Source of the DNA: an uncultured delta proteobacterium
Lineage (GTDB): Bacteria; Desulfobacterota; Binatia; UBA9968
Direction of reading: 5' to 3'
NCBI GenBank assembly: GCA_963727625.1
Contig: CAVSHR010000008.1
Coordinates: 96,001 to 160,000, forward strand
DNA: 64,000 nucleotides
The notes below the pieces were generated by a model, which saw only the letters and a list, made by a program, of their open reading frames with translations, did not search any database and had not been told where the DNA came from. Numbering within the stretch: position 1 is the first letter of the stretch; the number at the start of each line of letters is the position of its first letter. Below, piece by piece: positions 33,943 through 46,717 of the stretch. Both the position numbers and the translations under genes were made by a program.

Positions 33943-34944
33943 ATGAGCAAGCGTGATTTACTGAATTTCGAGGGCCTCAGCCGGCGCGAATTTGACGGCA
34001 TTCTCGGCCTCGCGGCCAGCCTCAAGCGCAAGCAAAAGCGCGGCATAGCGCACCGGCTATTGGCGGGTAAAAGCCTCGCCATGCTGTTTGAAAAACCGAG
34101 CTTGCGCACCCGCGCGACTTTCCAAACCGGCATGAGTCAGTTGGGCGGGAATGTGATCTTCTTGGGCCCGGCGGAGGTCGGTCTCGGTACCCGCGAGGCG
34201 CCTGCTGATTGCGCGCGCAGCTTGGCGCGCTGGGTCGATCTTATCACCGTGCGCACCTTCGCACAGAAAACACTCGAAGAGATGGCTGCGTATTCGTCGG
34301 TGCCGGTGGTCAACGCTTTGACGGATCTCTATCATCCGTGCCAGGTTTTGGCCGATTGTCAGACCCTGCTCGAACACAGCGGCAGGCTCGACGGCTTGAA
34401 AATTGTTTTCGCCGGCGACGGCAATAATATGGTGCACTCCTGGCTGGAAGCGGCGGCGATCGTGCCGTTCTCGTTCACCCTAGCGTGCCCCAAAGGTTAC
34501 GAACCCAACGGGACAATTTTACAGAGGGCGCGCGCCGCCGGCGCAGACGTCACCGTCACGCAGTCGCTTGAGGAAGCGGTGCGCGGCGCGGATGCAATCT
34601 ATACCGACGTCTGGACCAGCATGGGACAGGAAGACGAGGCGAAAGCGCGGCGCCAGGCTTTCCGCGACTACCAGGTCAATAGCGGCATCGTCGGGTTGGC
34701 AAAAAAAAACGCGGTGGTGATGCATTGCTTGCCGGCCCATCGCGGCGAAGAGATTACCCACGAGGTATTGGAGAGCCCGCAGTGCGTCGCCTTCGATCAG
34801 GCGGAAAATCGGCTGCACGCGCAGAAGGCCGTGATGGTGTGGTTGTTAATCGGGTTCAAACGTTCAAGAGTTCAAGGTTCAACGAGTGCAAAGAGGCAAA
34901 TTCGCAAGCGAGAAGGCGCTAGAGGAAGAAAGCTTCGACAATGA
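33943..34944 (+). CDS. argF: Ornithine carbamoyltransferase with a repeat-derived C-terminal tail
   Basis: KPSLRT, HPCQ, DVWTSMG, HCLP, QAENR. Confidence 0.93.
   Translation: MSKRDLLNFEGLSRREFDGILGLAASLKRKQKRGIAHRLLAGKSLAMLFEKPSLRTRATFQTGMSQLGGNVIFLGPAEVGLGTREAPADCARSLARWVDLITVRTFAQKTLEEMAAYSSVPVVNALTDLYHPCQVLADCQTLLEHSGRLDGLKIVFAGDGNNMVHSWLEAAAIVPFSFTLACPKGYEPNGTILQRARAAGADVTVTQSLEEAVRGADAIYTDVWTSMGQEDEAKARRQAFRDYQVNSGIVGLAKKNAVVMHCLPAHRGEEITHEVLESPQCVAFDQAENRLHAQKAVMVWLLIGFKRSRVQGSTSAKRQIRKREGARGRKLRQ
34854..34884 (+). repeat. Tandem GTTCAA(N1-2) array at the 3' end of argF
   Basis: GTTCAAAC GTTCAAGA GTTCAAG GTTCAACG. Confidence 0.85.
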
Positions 34945-36142
34945 AGGTCAACAAGGTGGTATTGGCCTACTCGGGTGGTTTGGATACATCGGTCATTTTG
35001 CTCTGGCTCAAAGAGCAATACGGCTGCGAGGTTATCGCGTTCTGCGCCGATCTGGGTCAAGGCGAAGATTTACAGGCGATCAAACGCAAGGCGATTAAGA
35101 CCGGCGCCAGTAAGGTGGTGATCGGCGACCTGCGCGAAGAGTTCGTCAAGGACTACGTTTTCCCCATGCTGCGTGCCAATGCAGTCTACGAAGGATCATA
35201 CTTACTCGGCACGTCGATCGCCCGGCCACTGATCGCCAAGGGGCAGATCGACGTCGCGCTGAAAGAAAAAGCCGACGCGGTTTCCCACGGGGCCACTGGG
35301 AAGGGCAACGATCAGGTGCGTTTCGAGCTGACCTATTACGCGCTCAAGCCAGACATCAAAGTGATCGCGCCTTGGCGGGTGTGGGATTTAAACGCGCGCT
35401 CAACCTTGATCGACTACGCGCGCAAGCACGGCATTCCCGTGCCGGTGACCAAGGCCAAGCCTTATAGCACCGACCGAAATTTGTTTCATATCAGTTACGA
35501 GGGCGGCATTCTGGAAGACCCGTGGAAAGAGGCGCCGGCCGACATGTTCGTGTGGTGCCGCTCGCTGGAACAAGCGCCGAATCGCGCGGAATATATTGAA
35601 ATCGATTACCGGCGCGGCGACCCGGTGGCGCTCAACGGGCGCAAATTGTCGCCGGCCAATTTGCTGGCGCGCCTCAACAACTTCGGCGCCAAGCACGGCA
35701 TCGGCCGGGTCGACCTGGTGGAAAACCGCTATGTCGGCATGAAGTCGCGCGGCGTCTACGAAACCCCCGGCGGCACGATCCTGCACGCGGCACATCGGGG
35801 CATGGAATCGATCACCATGGACCGGGAAGTGTTGCGGCTGCGGGATTCCTTGATCCCGCGTTATGCCGAAATGATTTATTACGGCTATTGGTTCGCGCCC
35901 GAGCGCGAGATGCTGCAGAAAGCCATCGACGCGGCGCAAGCCAACGTCAGCGGCCGGGTGCGGCTAAAACTCTACAAAGGCAATGCGATGGTGGTCGGGC
36001 GCAAATCGGATAATTCGCTTTACGACCCCAACATGGCCACATTTGAAGCCGACCGGGTTTACCAGCAGGCCGATGCCGAGGGCTTCATTCGTCTAAACGC
36101 TCTGCGCCTGCGGCTGCTGCGCTTGCGCAAGGCCAAGCGGGG

Positions 36143-36146
<4 letters not shown>
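34941..36146 (+). CDS. argG: Argininosuccinate synthase
   Basis: [30 protein letters not shown]. Confidence 0.97.
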
Positions 36147-37534
<1,388 letters not shown>

Positions 37535-37969
37535 ATGAAAAAAGTCTTGCTCATTGCGGCAATGCTGGCCGTGGCAGGCATGGGGTGCGGCAAAAAGGGA
37601 AATCCGCTCGCTCCCGAACTGGCGGCGCCGAAGACTATTACCAATCTCACGGCGCGCTCCGGTCCGAACGGCGTTATCCTCACCTGGAGCAGGCCCACCG
37701 AATATGTTGACGGATCCTCCTTGAAGGATCTGGCGAGCTTCGTCATTTTTCGCAAGGAAGTCTCATCGAGCTGCCCCGACTGCCCGGTGCCTTACCGCCA
37801 GCTGACCACCGTCAACGTCGAGGACCGGCAACGGTTCTCGCAACAAAAACAGTATCGTTATGACGATCAAGAAGTGCGTCAGAAGGCGATTTATCGCTAT
37901 CGCGTCTCGTCGCAGCTGCTCGACGGTTCCCTGAGCGCGCCCTCCAACGAAGTAGAAACCGCGAGGTGA
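37535..37969 (+). CDS. Lipoprotein with an LptM/YifL-like N-terminal motif and an FN3-like domain
   Basis: Signal + GCGKKGNPLAP; ILTW...YRYRV...SAPSNEV FN3-like pattern; directly upstream of lysA-dapF. Confidence 0.65.
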   Translation: MKKVLLIAAMLAVAGMGCGKKGNPLAPELAAPKTITNLTARSGPNGVILTWSRPTEYVDGSSLKDLASFVIFRKEVSSSCPDCPVPYRQLTTVNVEDRQRFSQQKQYRYDDQEVRQKAIYRYRVSSQLLDGSLSAPSNEVETAR

Positions 37970-39243
37970 TCATGAATCATTTTGAATATCGCAACGGGGA
38001 AATGTTCGCGGAGGGCGTGGCGCTCAAGCGCATCGCGCAGGAGGTCGGCACGCCGGCCTATGTTTACAGCTTGGCGACGCTGACGCGCCACTATCGGGTC
38101 TTCGACCAGGCTTTCGCTAACACGCCGCATATCGTCTGCTATTCGGTAAAGGCCAACTCCAATCTGGCACTGCTCAAAGCGTTCGCCAATCAGGGCAGTG
38201 GCTTCGATATCGTCTCTGGCGGCGAGCTGTTTCGCGCCCTCAAAGCGGGCGGCGATCCGAAAAAGATCGTTTTCTCGGGCGTCGGCAAGAAGAAAGACGA
38301 GATCGGGTACGCGCTCGACGCGGGAATTTTGATGTTCAACGTCGAATCGGACGAGGAGCTGACTGCGCTCAATGAAATCGCGGCCGGAGTGGGTAAAAAG
38401 GCGCCGATCAGCTTGCGCGTCAATCCCGACGTCGATCCGCAGACCCATCCCTATATTTCCACCGGAATGAAAAAGGCCAAGTTCGGCGTCGACATCAAAA
38501 AGTCGCTGGAGACGTATAAAAGGGCCGTGTCGCTAAAAAATATTGACGTCGTCGGCGTCGATTGCCACATCGGTTCGCAGCTCACTTCGCTGACGCCGTT
38601 CGTGGATGCCCTGGCCAAGGTGCGCGAGTACCTGGATCGCGTGCTCGCCGGCGAGATCAAGAAAGACGGCGCGCAGATTCGTTATCTCGATCTCGGCGGC
38701 GGCCTGGGCATCAACTATCACGACGAGACGCCGCCGTTGCCCGAAGAGTACGCCAAAGCGATCATCCAAGGCCTCGAAGGACTGGGCGTTACGCTGATCT
38801 TGGAGCCGGGCCGGGTGATCGTCGGAAACGCGGGGATTCTTCTCACCGAAGTGCAGTATTTGAAAGAAACCGAAACCAAAAAATTTGTTATCGTCGACGC
38901 CGGCATGAACGATCTGATTCGGCCGGCGCTTTACGGCTCCTATCAGGCGATCCAGCCCGTGGTCAAAACCAAACGCGCGAAAATAGTAGCGGACGTGGTC
39001 GGGCCGATCTGCGAGAGCGGCGACTTTCTTGCCAAGGATCGCGAGATCGCGCGGCCGCTGCGCGGCGATTTGATAGCGGTGATGAGCGCCGGCGCCTATG
39101 GCTTTACCATGGCCTCGAATTACAACTCTCATCCGAAGCCGCCGGAGGTGCTGGTGGATGGCGATCAATATTATGTTGTGCGCAAGCGCGAAACCTTGGA
39201 TGACCTGATCAACGGCGAGGTCATCCCGGCGTCGCTGCAATAA
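37966..39243 (+). CDS. lysA: Diaminopimelate decarboxylase
   Basis: YSVKAN, HIGSQ, DLGGG, EPGR, GPICESGD. Confidence 0.96.
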   Translation: MIMNHFEYRNGEMFAEGVALKRIAQEVGTPAYVYSLATLTRHYRVFDQAFANTPHIVCYSVKANSNLALLKAFANQGSGFDIVSGGELFRALKAGGDPKKIVFSGVGKKKDEIGYALDAGILMFNVESDEELTALNEIAAGVGKKAPISLRVNPDVDPQTHPYISTGMKKAKFGVDIKKSLETYKRAVSLKNIDVVGVDCHIGSQLTSLTPFVDALAKVREYLDRVLAGEIKKDGAQIRYLDLGGGLGINYHDETPPLPEEYAKAIIQGLEGLGVTLILEPGRVIVGNAGILLTEVQYLKETETKKFVIVDAGMNDLIRPALYGSYQAIQPVVKTKRAKIVADVVGPICESGDFLAKDREIARPLRGDLIAVMSAGAYGFTMASNYNSHPKPPEVLVDGDQYYVVRKRETLDDLINGEVIPASLQ

Positions 39244-39247
39244 GCCG

Positions 39248-39281
39248 GTTCAAGGGTTCAATCGTTCAAAAGTTCAAGGTT
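39248..39281 (+). repeat. Tandem GTTCAA(N1-2) array filling the lysA-dapF spacer
   Basis: GTTCAAGG GTTCAATC GTTCAAAA GTTCAAG GTT, immediately before the ATG. Confidence 0.85.
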
Positions 39282-40103
39282 ATGGAACTCGAATTCACCA
39301 AGATGCATGGGGCGGGCAATGATTTTGTTTTCCTCGATTGCCTGAAAGGAAATATCCATCCTCTGGACGCGATCGCCAAGAAACTCTGTGATCGCCGCTT
39401 CGGCATCGGCGCCGATCAGTTGCTGACCATTCATCCCTCGAAAGTCGCCGACTTCAAAATGGAGATTTACAACGCCGACGGCAGCCAGGTGGAGATGTGC
39501 GGCAACGGCATTCGCTGCTTCGCCAAGTATGTTTACGATCACGGCATCACCAAGAAGCGTGAACTCGAAGTGGAAACCCTCGCCGGCATCATCCGCCCGC
39601 GCATGGTCGGTGAACTGGTCGAGGTCGACATGGGCGAGCCGATTCTCGAAGGGCGCAAGATTCCGGTGGATGCCGATGGCGAAATCAAAAATCGGCCCCT
39701 GGTCGTGGACGGCAAGAGCTATGAGGTCACCTGCGTTTCCATGGGCAACCCGCACTGCGTGCTTTATCTTGACGATATCGACTCGCTCGATTTGGAAAAG
39801 CTCGGGCCGAGCTTCGAGCACCACCCGTTCTTTCCCAAGCGCGTGAACACGGAGTTTATCAAGATCATCGGCCCGAGCGAAGTGAAAATGCGCGTCTGGG
39901 AACGGGGCGCAGGGGAGACCTGGGCCTGCGGCACCGGTGCGAGCGCCGTGGGGGTCGCCGGCGTCATCACCGGACGCACCGAGCGCATGGTTACGATTCA
40001 TCTCAAGGGCGGCGATCTGTTGATCGAATGGCGCGACAACAACCGCGTCTATATGACCGGCGGCGCTGAAGAGGTGTTTCACGGCAGGGTCAAGATTTCC
40101 TAG
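39282..40103 (+). CDS. dapF: Diaminopimelate epimerase
   Basis: KMHGAGNDF, EMCGNGIRC, GNPH, ERGAGET.ACGTG. Confidence 0.96.
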   Translation: MELEFTKMHGAGNDFVFLDCLKGNIHPLDAIAKKLCDRRFGIGADQLLTIHPSKVADFKMEIYNADGSQVEMCGNGIRCFAKYVYDHGITKKRELEVETLAGIIRPRMVGELVEVDMGEPILEGRKIPVDADGEIKNRPLVVDGKSYEVTCVSMGNPHCVLYLDDIDSLDLEKLGPSFEHHPFFPKRVNTEFIKIIGPSEVKMRVWERGAGETWACGTGASAVGVAGVITGRTERMVTIHLKGGDLLIEWRDNNRVYMTGGAEEVFHGRVKIS

Positions 40104-40114
40104 GAGATTAATTT

Positions 40115-40993
40115 ATGTTTAGCGGTTCCATGGTTGCGTTGGTGACGCCGTTCAAAGACGGCCAAGTCGATTGGCCGAGTCTCGAAGGGCTGATCGAGTT
40201 CCATCTGCAGAACGGCACCCACGGCATCGTGCCCTGCGGCACTACAGGCGAGTCGGCGACGCTCAGCCACAAGGAGCACGACGAAGTGATCCGCGCGGTG
40301 ATCAAGGCGGTCAACCAACGGATTCCCGTGATCGCCGGCACCGGCTCCAATTCAACCGAAGAGGCGGTGCGTCTCACCCGCGAGGCGGAAAAATCCGGCG
40401 CCGACGGCGCGCTGATGATTTCTCCCTATTACAATCGGCCGACTCAGGAAGGGATCTATCAGCACTATAAAAAAGTCGCTTCCGAGGTCGGCATCCCGAT
40501 CATCGTCTACAATATCCCTGGCCGCACCGGCTCGAAGATCGAACCGGAAACTCTGGCGCGCCTGGCCGAAATCAAGAACATCGCCGGCGTCAAAGAAGCC
40601 ACCGGCTCGGTGGATCAGGCGATCGACGTGATTCGCCTGTGCGGCGATCGCCTGGCAGTCTATTCCGGCGAGGACTCTTTGATCTATTCGCTGATGGCTC
40701 TGGGCGGCAAGGGCGTGATTTCGACGGTGGCCAACGTGGCGCCCAAGGAGACCGCACAGCTCGCCGACGCCTGTTTGAAAGGAAAGTGGGAGCGCGGGCG
40801 GAAGCTGCAGTTTGAGCTCATCCCGTTGATCCGCAGTCTATTCATCGAAACCAACCCGATCCCGGTCAAGACCGCGCTGGCTCTGATGGGCAAATGCAGC
40901 GGCGAGCTGCGCCTGCCGCTGACGCCGATGGCTGAAGGAAATCTGCAGAAGCTCAAGCAGGCGATAAGCGATTTTGGGCTTCTGAAAAACTGA
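40115..40993 (+). CDS. dapA: 4-hydroxy-tetrahydrodipicolinate synthase
   Basis: GTTGES, PYYN, YNIPGRT, GVKEA, NPIPVK. Confidence 0.96.
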   Translation: MFSGSMVALVTPFKDGQVDWPSLEGLIEFHLQNGTHGIVPCGTTGESATLSHKEHDEVIRAVIKAVNQRIPVIAGTGSNSTEEAVRLTREAEKSGADGALMISPYYNRPTQEGIYQHYKKVASEVGIPIIVYNIPGRTGSKIEPETLARLAEIKNIAGVKEATGSVDQAIDVIRLCGDRLAVYSGEDSLIYSLMALGGKGVISTVANVAPKETAQLADACLKGKWERGRKLQFELIPLIRSLFIETNPIPVKTALALMGKCSGELRLPLTPMAEGNLQKLKQAISDFGLLKN

Positions 40994-41796
40994 TGGCGCT
41001 CGGCATAATCGTCTGCGGTGTCGGAGGGCGGATGGGTGGCGCGGTGGTCCGTGCGCTTCAGCAGTCTGCAGCTCTGAAGCTTCTCGCGGCCGTCGATCGG
41101 GCCGGCAGCGCGCGATTGGGCAAAGACGCCGGCGAAGTGTCCGGCGCGGGTCATTTGGGGATTCCCGTCACAGACATGCTCGGCAATGCGCTGAGACCAA
41201 ACAGCGTTATCGTCGACTTCACTAACCCGGAAGCCTCGTTGGGTTTCCTCCGCAGCGCGGCAAAAAAGCGCATGCCCATCGTCATCGCAACCACCGGCTT
41301 CAATGCGACGCAGCAGGCGGAAATCAAGCGGCTGGCCCGGCGCACGGCGGTGCTGTTATCGGCCAATACCAGCTTGGGTATAAACGTCCTCGTGTCGCTC
41401 TTAGGCAAAGCAGCGAAGATGCTCGGCGACGACTACGACGTCGAGATTGTCGAAGCGCACCACCGCTTCAAAAAAGACGCGCCCAGCGGCACGGCTCTAG
41501 CGCTAGGACGTTCCGTAGCCGACGCGCTCGGCCGCGACCTCGACAAAGTTGCGCTCAACGGGCGCAATGGCATTGTCGGTGAGCGCAGCAAAAAGGAGAT
41601 TGCGCTCTTATCCGTTCGCGCCGGCGACATCGTCGGCGAGCACATGGTGATTTTCGGCGGCATCGGCGAGCGCCTCGAATTCATCCATCGCGCCCACAGC
41701 CGCGACACGTTTGCGCGCGGTGCCCTGCGCGCCGCCCAGTGGCTCGCCAAGCGCAAGCCGGGGCTTTACGGCATGGAGGATGTGCTGGGGCTGTAG
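40993..41796 (+). CDS. dapB: 4-hydroxy-tetrahydrodipicolinate reductase
   Basis: GGRMG, DFT, EAHHRFKKDAPSGTA, FARGA. Confidence 0.96.
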   Translation: MALGIIVCGVGGRMGGAVVRALQQSAALKLLAAVDRAGSARLGKDAGEVSGAGHLGIPVTDMLGNALRPNSVIVDFTNPEASLGFLRSAAKKRMPIVIATTGFNATQQAEIKRLARRTAVLLSANTSLGINVLVSLLGKAAKMLGDDYDVEIVEAHHRFKKDAPSGTALALGRSVADALGRDLDKVALNGRNGIVGERSKKEIALLSVRAGDIVGEHMVIFGGIGERLEFIHRAHSRDTFARGALRAAQWLAKRKPGLYGMEDVLGL

Positions 41797-42035
41797 CCGT
41801 TCTTAATTGCACTATCTGCAGCCGTCCGGCGGCCGAGTCTCAGCCGAGCTGGTTCAGGCAACCGACTGACCTAATATCGTTGAAAAAGCTTCTTAAGCGA
41901 CGGCCTTATAAGAGGGGAAGTTTTTCGCGCCCACGCCAAAAACCGATTATAATCCTCATGCGGCCTGATTGTGGAAGCGCTTTAAGTCGGCATGAATATG
42001 AGTCTTAAGGTGTCAGCTGGTATCGGATTCCGCCC

Positions 42036-43565
42036 GTGACAAAGCAGAAAAAACCTCGCGTGCTGGTCTTTGTGGTGGCGTACAATGCCGAGCGCACGAT
42101 TGAAAGTGTTCTCTCGCGGATTCCAGCTAGCCTATCCGAGGGCTATGAGGTCGAGATTCTCGCCATTGACGACGCTTCACGCGATCGCACCTTCGAGGTC
42201 GGCCACAAAATCAAATCGGCCGGCTCGCTGTCTTTGCCGCTGCGCGTGCTTTTCAATCCGATCAACCAAGGCTATGGCGGCAACCAGAAAATTGGTTACC
42301 ACTACGCAATCAAGAATGAGTTCGATTTTGTCGCGCTGGTTCATGGCGATGGCCAATACGCCCCCGAAGCTCTCCCGGATCTGTTGAAACCCTTGGCTCA
42401 GGGCGAGGCCGACGCGGTGTTCGGTTCGCGCATGCTCAGCCGGGGCGCGGCATTGAAGGGCGGCATGCCGCTCTACAAGTTCGCCGGCAATAAGATTCTC
42501 ACCTGGTGCCAAAACCGTTTGCTGCGCACCCATTTCAGCGAATTTCATTCCGGCTATCGGGTCTACTCAGTGGCCGCCCTCAAACAAATTCCGTTCGATC
42601 GCAACACCAACGATTTTCATTTCGACACGGAGATCATCATTCAATTGTTGATCGCGGGCATGCAGGTCCGCGAGGTTTCGGTACCGACCTACTACGGCGA
42701 TGAGATTTGTCATGTCAATGGAATTCAATACGCCTGGAACGTCCTCAAAGCGACGCTCAAATCGCGGGTGCATGATTTCGGCATATTTTACGACAGCAAG
42801 TTTGATTGCGGCCCGGGATATGCCGCCAGCGTTCACTATGGACTCAAGATAGATTTTGACAGCCCGCATAGCGCGACTCTCGACCTCGTTCCAGCCGGAG
42901 CGAAAGTGCTTGATCTCGGTTGCGTCGGCGGTTATATGAGCGCGCTCTTGGAGCGCGAGCGCGGCTGCCAAACCACCGGTGTGGGCAAATTCCCCCTGGG
43001 AGCGAACGTCAAATTGAGCCGATTCATCGAGCATGACCTCAACGACGGTGTTCCCGAGGTGAACATCGCGGAGTACGACTACGTCTTGCTGCTTGACGTG
43101 ATCGAGCACCTGAACGTTCCGGAGATCTTTTTCGACCGCCTGCGCGAAGCCATGAAGTACTGTATCAAAACGAAATTGATCATCAGCACGCCCAATGTCG
43201 GGTTTTTTATCGTTCGGTTGATGCTACTACTGGGGCAGTTCAACTATGGCAAGCGCGGGATTCTCGACATGACCCATACCCGGCTCTTTACGTTTTCGTC
43301 GCTGCGCCAGTTGCTCGAACAACGGGGTTTCCGGATCGACAGCTCGCGCGGCATCCCCGCGCCGTTTCCGGTCGCGTTCGGCAACAACCGGGTCAGCCGC
43401 TTCCTGGTGGCGGCAAATAAGGCGGTGTTGCGAATCCTGCCCACGATATTTTCCTACCAAATACTCGTCGTCGCTCAGCCGCAACCTTCGTTGGAGTTGC
43501 TTTTGCGACGCGCGGAGGACGAGTCCTCCGCGCGGGCAAATACAATTGAATCGCCGCCGGGTTGA
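42036..43565 (+). CDS. Bifunctional GT2 glycosyltransferase / class I SAM methyltransferase
   Basis: AYNA, DDAS, NQGYGG, HGDGQY N-terminal domain; VLDLGC, DVIEHL, STPN, LDMTH C-terminal domain. Confidence 0.88.
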   Translation: MTKQKKPRVLVFVVAYNAERTIESVLSRIPASLSEGYEVEILAIDDASRDRTFEVGHKIKSAGSLSLPLRVLFNPINQGYGGNQKIGYHYAIKNEFDFVALVHGDGQYAPEALPDLLKPLAQGEADAVFGSRMLSRGAALKGGMPLYKFAGNKILTWCQNRLLRTHFSEFHSGYRVYSVAALKQIPFDRNTNDFHFDTEIIIQLLIAGMQVREVSVPTYYGDEICHVNGIQYAWNVLKATLKSRVHDFGIFYDSKFDCGPGYAASVHYGLKIDFDSPHSATLDLVPAGAKVLDLGCVGGYMSALLERERGCQTTGVGKFPLGANVKLSRFIEHDLNDGVPEVNIAEYDYVLLLDVIEHLNVPEIFFDRLREAMKYCIKTKLIISTPNVGFFIVRLMLLLGQFNYGKRGILDMTHTRLFTFSSLRQLLEQRGFRIDSSRGIPAPFPVAFGNNRVSRFLVAANKAVLRILPTIFSYQILVVAQPQPSLELLLRRAEDESSARANTIESPPG

Positions 43566-43591
43566 TGCAAACCAGTGAATGCAGGTCGCTA

Positions 43592-45250
43592 TCATTTGGA
43601 TGAAGCATAAGGAATGCGAATTGAATCCACATTCTGATCTGTCATCGAATAAATAAACGGCTCTGTTTTCTGAGGCAGAATGTTGGCCCGAGTCAAGCCG
43701 GCCTCGAACGCGAACTCCGCAAAAAGCTGTTCCAGCGGCCGAGGCGACTTATCGTATCTTCCTTTTTTGCCGGGGAGTTTCATCGCAAATAAAGTCGAGA
43801 ACCCATCTGTCAGATCTTGGCTTGTGAGTGAATGCTGATTTTTTGAGATCGGCTCGTTTATCACGATTCTTGAGCCATGATCCCCGTGCAAAAGAATGAT
43901 CGAGTCGTCATATACCCCTGCCGCTCGCATCTCATCGAACAGTTCGTCCAATCGCAGATAAAGGCACGCAATTGCTCGAAATACTGTTGATAGCGCTCTT
44001 TTCGTGAGGCAATCGTGTTAAATGGAGGTTGGCTAAATAGACCTCTGTAATTCCACAAGAAGGCTCGATTCGGTGGCCGGATCGAACAGTCAGACAGAGC
44101 AACGTATGGGTAATGCGGGAATTATTAAATGCGCAAATAACGCTGTTCCACGCGGCAAGGACAGGATATCATTCCACAGGAGCTTCAAGTCTGCCAGGGT
44201 ATTAAGAGAATCAGTCCTAGTCCGTTCAATGTTGAGTGCCCACGTCCACGGAGATACTGAAGTCGCCAAGGCGGGAAACTTTGATTGGAACGACGAATAG
44301 AACACGTAAATTATCGCGGAAACGATGAGAGACTGACTGAAGGAACCGAGAATACAGCACTTGAAATTTCTGAGCGAATAGGCAAGTTAAGTTTTGCGAA
44401 GTTCTTTAAAGCACCCCAATGTCGTCTCGATGCAGCGACAATGACCACCGGCGAATCTGAACAGTAGTCGATCCATCCCGGCGAGAGCACCTCAATGTGA
44501 TAATTTCTCTCGGATAACAAGTTTAAAATATTTGTTGCGTAATAAAATATACGGACCTCCACCGCTGTATAAGACGCAGTAGGGTTAGCTTCGAGCCGCA
44601 AAATTTAGCATGTTCGGTATGGACAAATGGGTATTGAAATAGTGACTAAAAGCGCCGCCGAACAGTTGAAACCCATTTTTCAGATAAAACTGGGTGATCA
44701 AATTCTTGGTTGCAAGCCCTCCCTCAATATCGGTCGGAATGCCCTCGATGCCGATATGTTCGTCCAATATCAGATGAATAATGCGTGGAGGAGCATGAAC
44801 GCCTGGCTTGCTGATGCGCAAAAAGCGAATCGCTGTTCTTCGAGGGCAGAGCTAATTGAAACACCGTGACGACAAAGAAAGTCGAAAAAACCGCCGTGGC
44901 GATCGTGTAAAATTTCTCTTTTAAAAACAGGCATAGAACAAACGTTTGCATTCCGGTGAAAAGCAAGAGAGCTGTCCATTCATCTGACCCAATCTTGCAA
45001 GTTGAGCGGGGTGAACTGAAGATCGATGAAGGCAGTTATGAGCACGGCCATAACCAACCCTGAGACGACCCGTCCTCCGAGCAGCATGGCGACCGAACAG
45101 ATCATCGCCAAAAGGAGTAATCCGCCGAGCGCGATCAATGTTTCGGCGCATGCCAAGCAGTAGGAGTTATAGTTTAAAAACACCAGGAAAGGCGTAATTA
45201 AAATTAGCGCCGGCAATAATGAATATTTGTGTCTTAGTGGAACGAGTCAT
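43592..45250 (-). pseudogene. Membrane-anchored sulfatase/alkaline-phosphatase-superfamily protein (NoeB-like), frameshifted
   Basis: N-terminal TM helices (44980-45216), IIHLILDEH (44585-44821), FAHLIIP (44090-44305), IILLHGDHG (43592-43951) lie in different frames. Confidence 0.7.
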
Positions 45251-45303
45251 TAATCGTTAGGCGGTCGCGCTACCATCGTTTGCGATTTCAAAATCGCCAG
45301 CTC

Positions 45304-46717
45304 TCAGGTGTTTTGCCGCCTTGTGTACGAGACTAACAAACGACCCGTGGAAGAAACAATTTCAGTGTCGAGGATTCTTGTCCTGCGGCCGAGGTCGTTC
45401 AAGAACGCTTCCTTGGTGTAATCCGGAAAAATATCATCACGACGGCGCAGCAGAGACTGGACCATCGGATCGCTCTTCGGAACAAATTCGATCACGCCCC
45501 GAGGCGCCAAAGCGGATGAGCCAGTCAAGCAATTGGTCAAGGGGAACGTTGCGAGATATCGCGAGATGATGAATGAACGCTAGGGCGAGGATTGCGTCCG
45601 CCGACGCGCGGGCCCGAAGGCCATAGCGTTCTTGCTCCTGCCAACCCTGGTTCGGAGAAGGATTGGCTGCATCAAAGAACACCGGTTGAAAGCTTAAGTT
45701 TTTTTCTCGGGAGCGCGCGAAGGCAAGCTCCAGCGCGCCCTGGTCGTAATCAAACCCAACCGCATATTCAGCCCCGGCCTCGAGGGCAGCCACACAATAG
45801 TCCCCCGTGTTGCAGCCGAGATCCCATATTAGCTTTGGCCTCTCCCGGCGGACGAATTCACTAACGAATCGTTTCTTGTGCTCGACTTCTTCCGAAGAAT
45901 AACTATGGGTCTTGGCATACTCTTGCCACACGGTTTTCCCTGTATCGGCGGGTGTGAGTTTGCTGATCCATGAACTCAATTTTTGAAGGACCCGCCGAAA
46001 TGCAGCGAGCGATAACGCGTTTTTGGGAAGACTCTCTTTTTCTAATTTTACGTTGTCACTTTCCACGGATCGCTGGAAGAAAGATTGCAGCACGACATGC
46101 GCCAACACATTCCAGCGTATATGGTGGCGCCATTTCAAGAATCGGGAAAGCTCCTGGGCTTTGATCCCCTCCTGAGTTCCCCGGTACCACGCATTGTGAG
46201 GAACTCCAAACAGGGCGCGCAGCAACAATGGGTTCAAGAACTGTTCGCAAAATTGGCGATGGCCGGTCCAAATTTCCCCAGGGCGGTAGCGGCGAAAAGA
46301 CAAATGATCGATGAAAACCGGTCGCACCCCTTGAAATTGAATATTGTAAGCGCTCGCGTCGGTCAGGGTAACGCCGAATTCGAGGGCGGCTAACTGGATA
46401 TCGAGATGCAATAGGGCAGCGGCTTTGAGGGCAGAGAAGGGCCATTCATAGGGATATGAAATGAATCGCAATCGCGGTATTTGAAGCACATGTTTGGTGT
46501 CTTGGGGAAATCGGGCTCGAAGGTCGCCAGCATCGGCGCGTTCGAAAGGGAGTAGTAGGTTATCTGCTATGAGTCTTTGCAGGAATCCCGTTGTCTCGAC
46601 AAATTCAAACTCATGGGCGCCGGGTGCGGCGACCGTCCTGAAAATTTGACCGTCAAGCTCGTACACTCGACCGGACGGGTCGCGAAACGATCCGGGAAGC
46701 GGATGGATGTCATTCAT
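45304..46717 (-). CDS. NoeA-like protein: kinase-like N-terminal domain + class I SAM methyltransferase (one frameshift near 45510)
   Basis: GSFRDPSG, ISYPYEW, DASAYNIQF, FIDHLSF, DLGCNTG, ANPSP, LAFIHHL; the C-terminus IEFVPKSDPMVQ is in the 45304-45540 frame. Confidence 0.8.
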
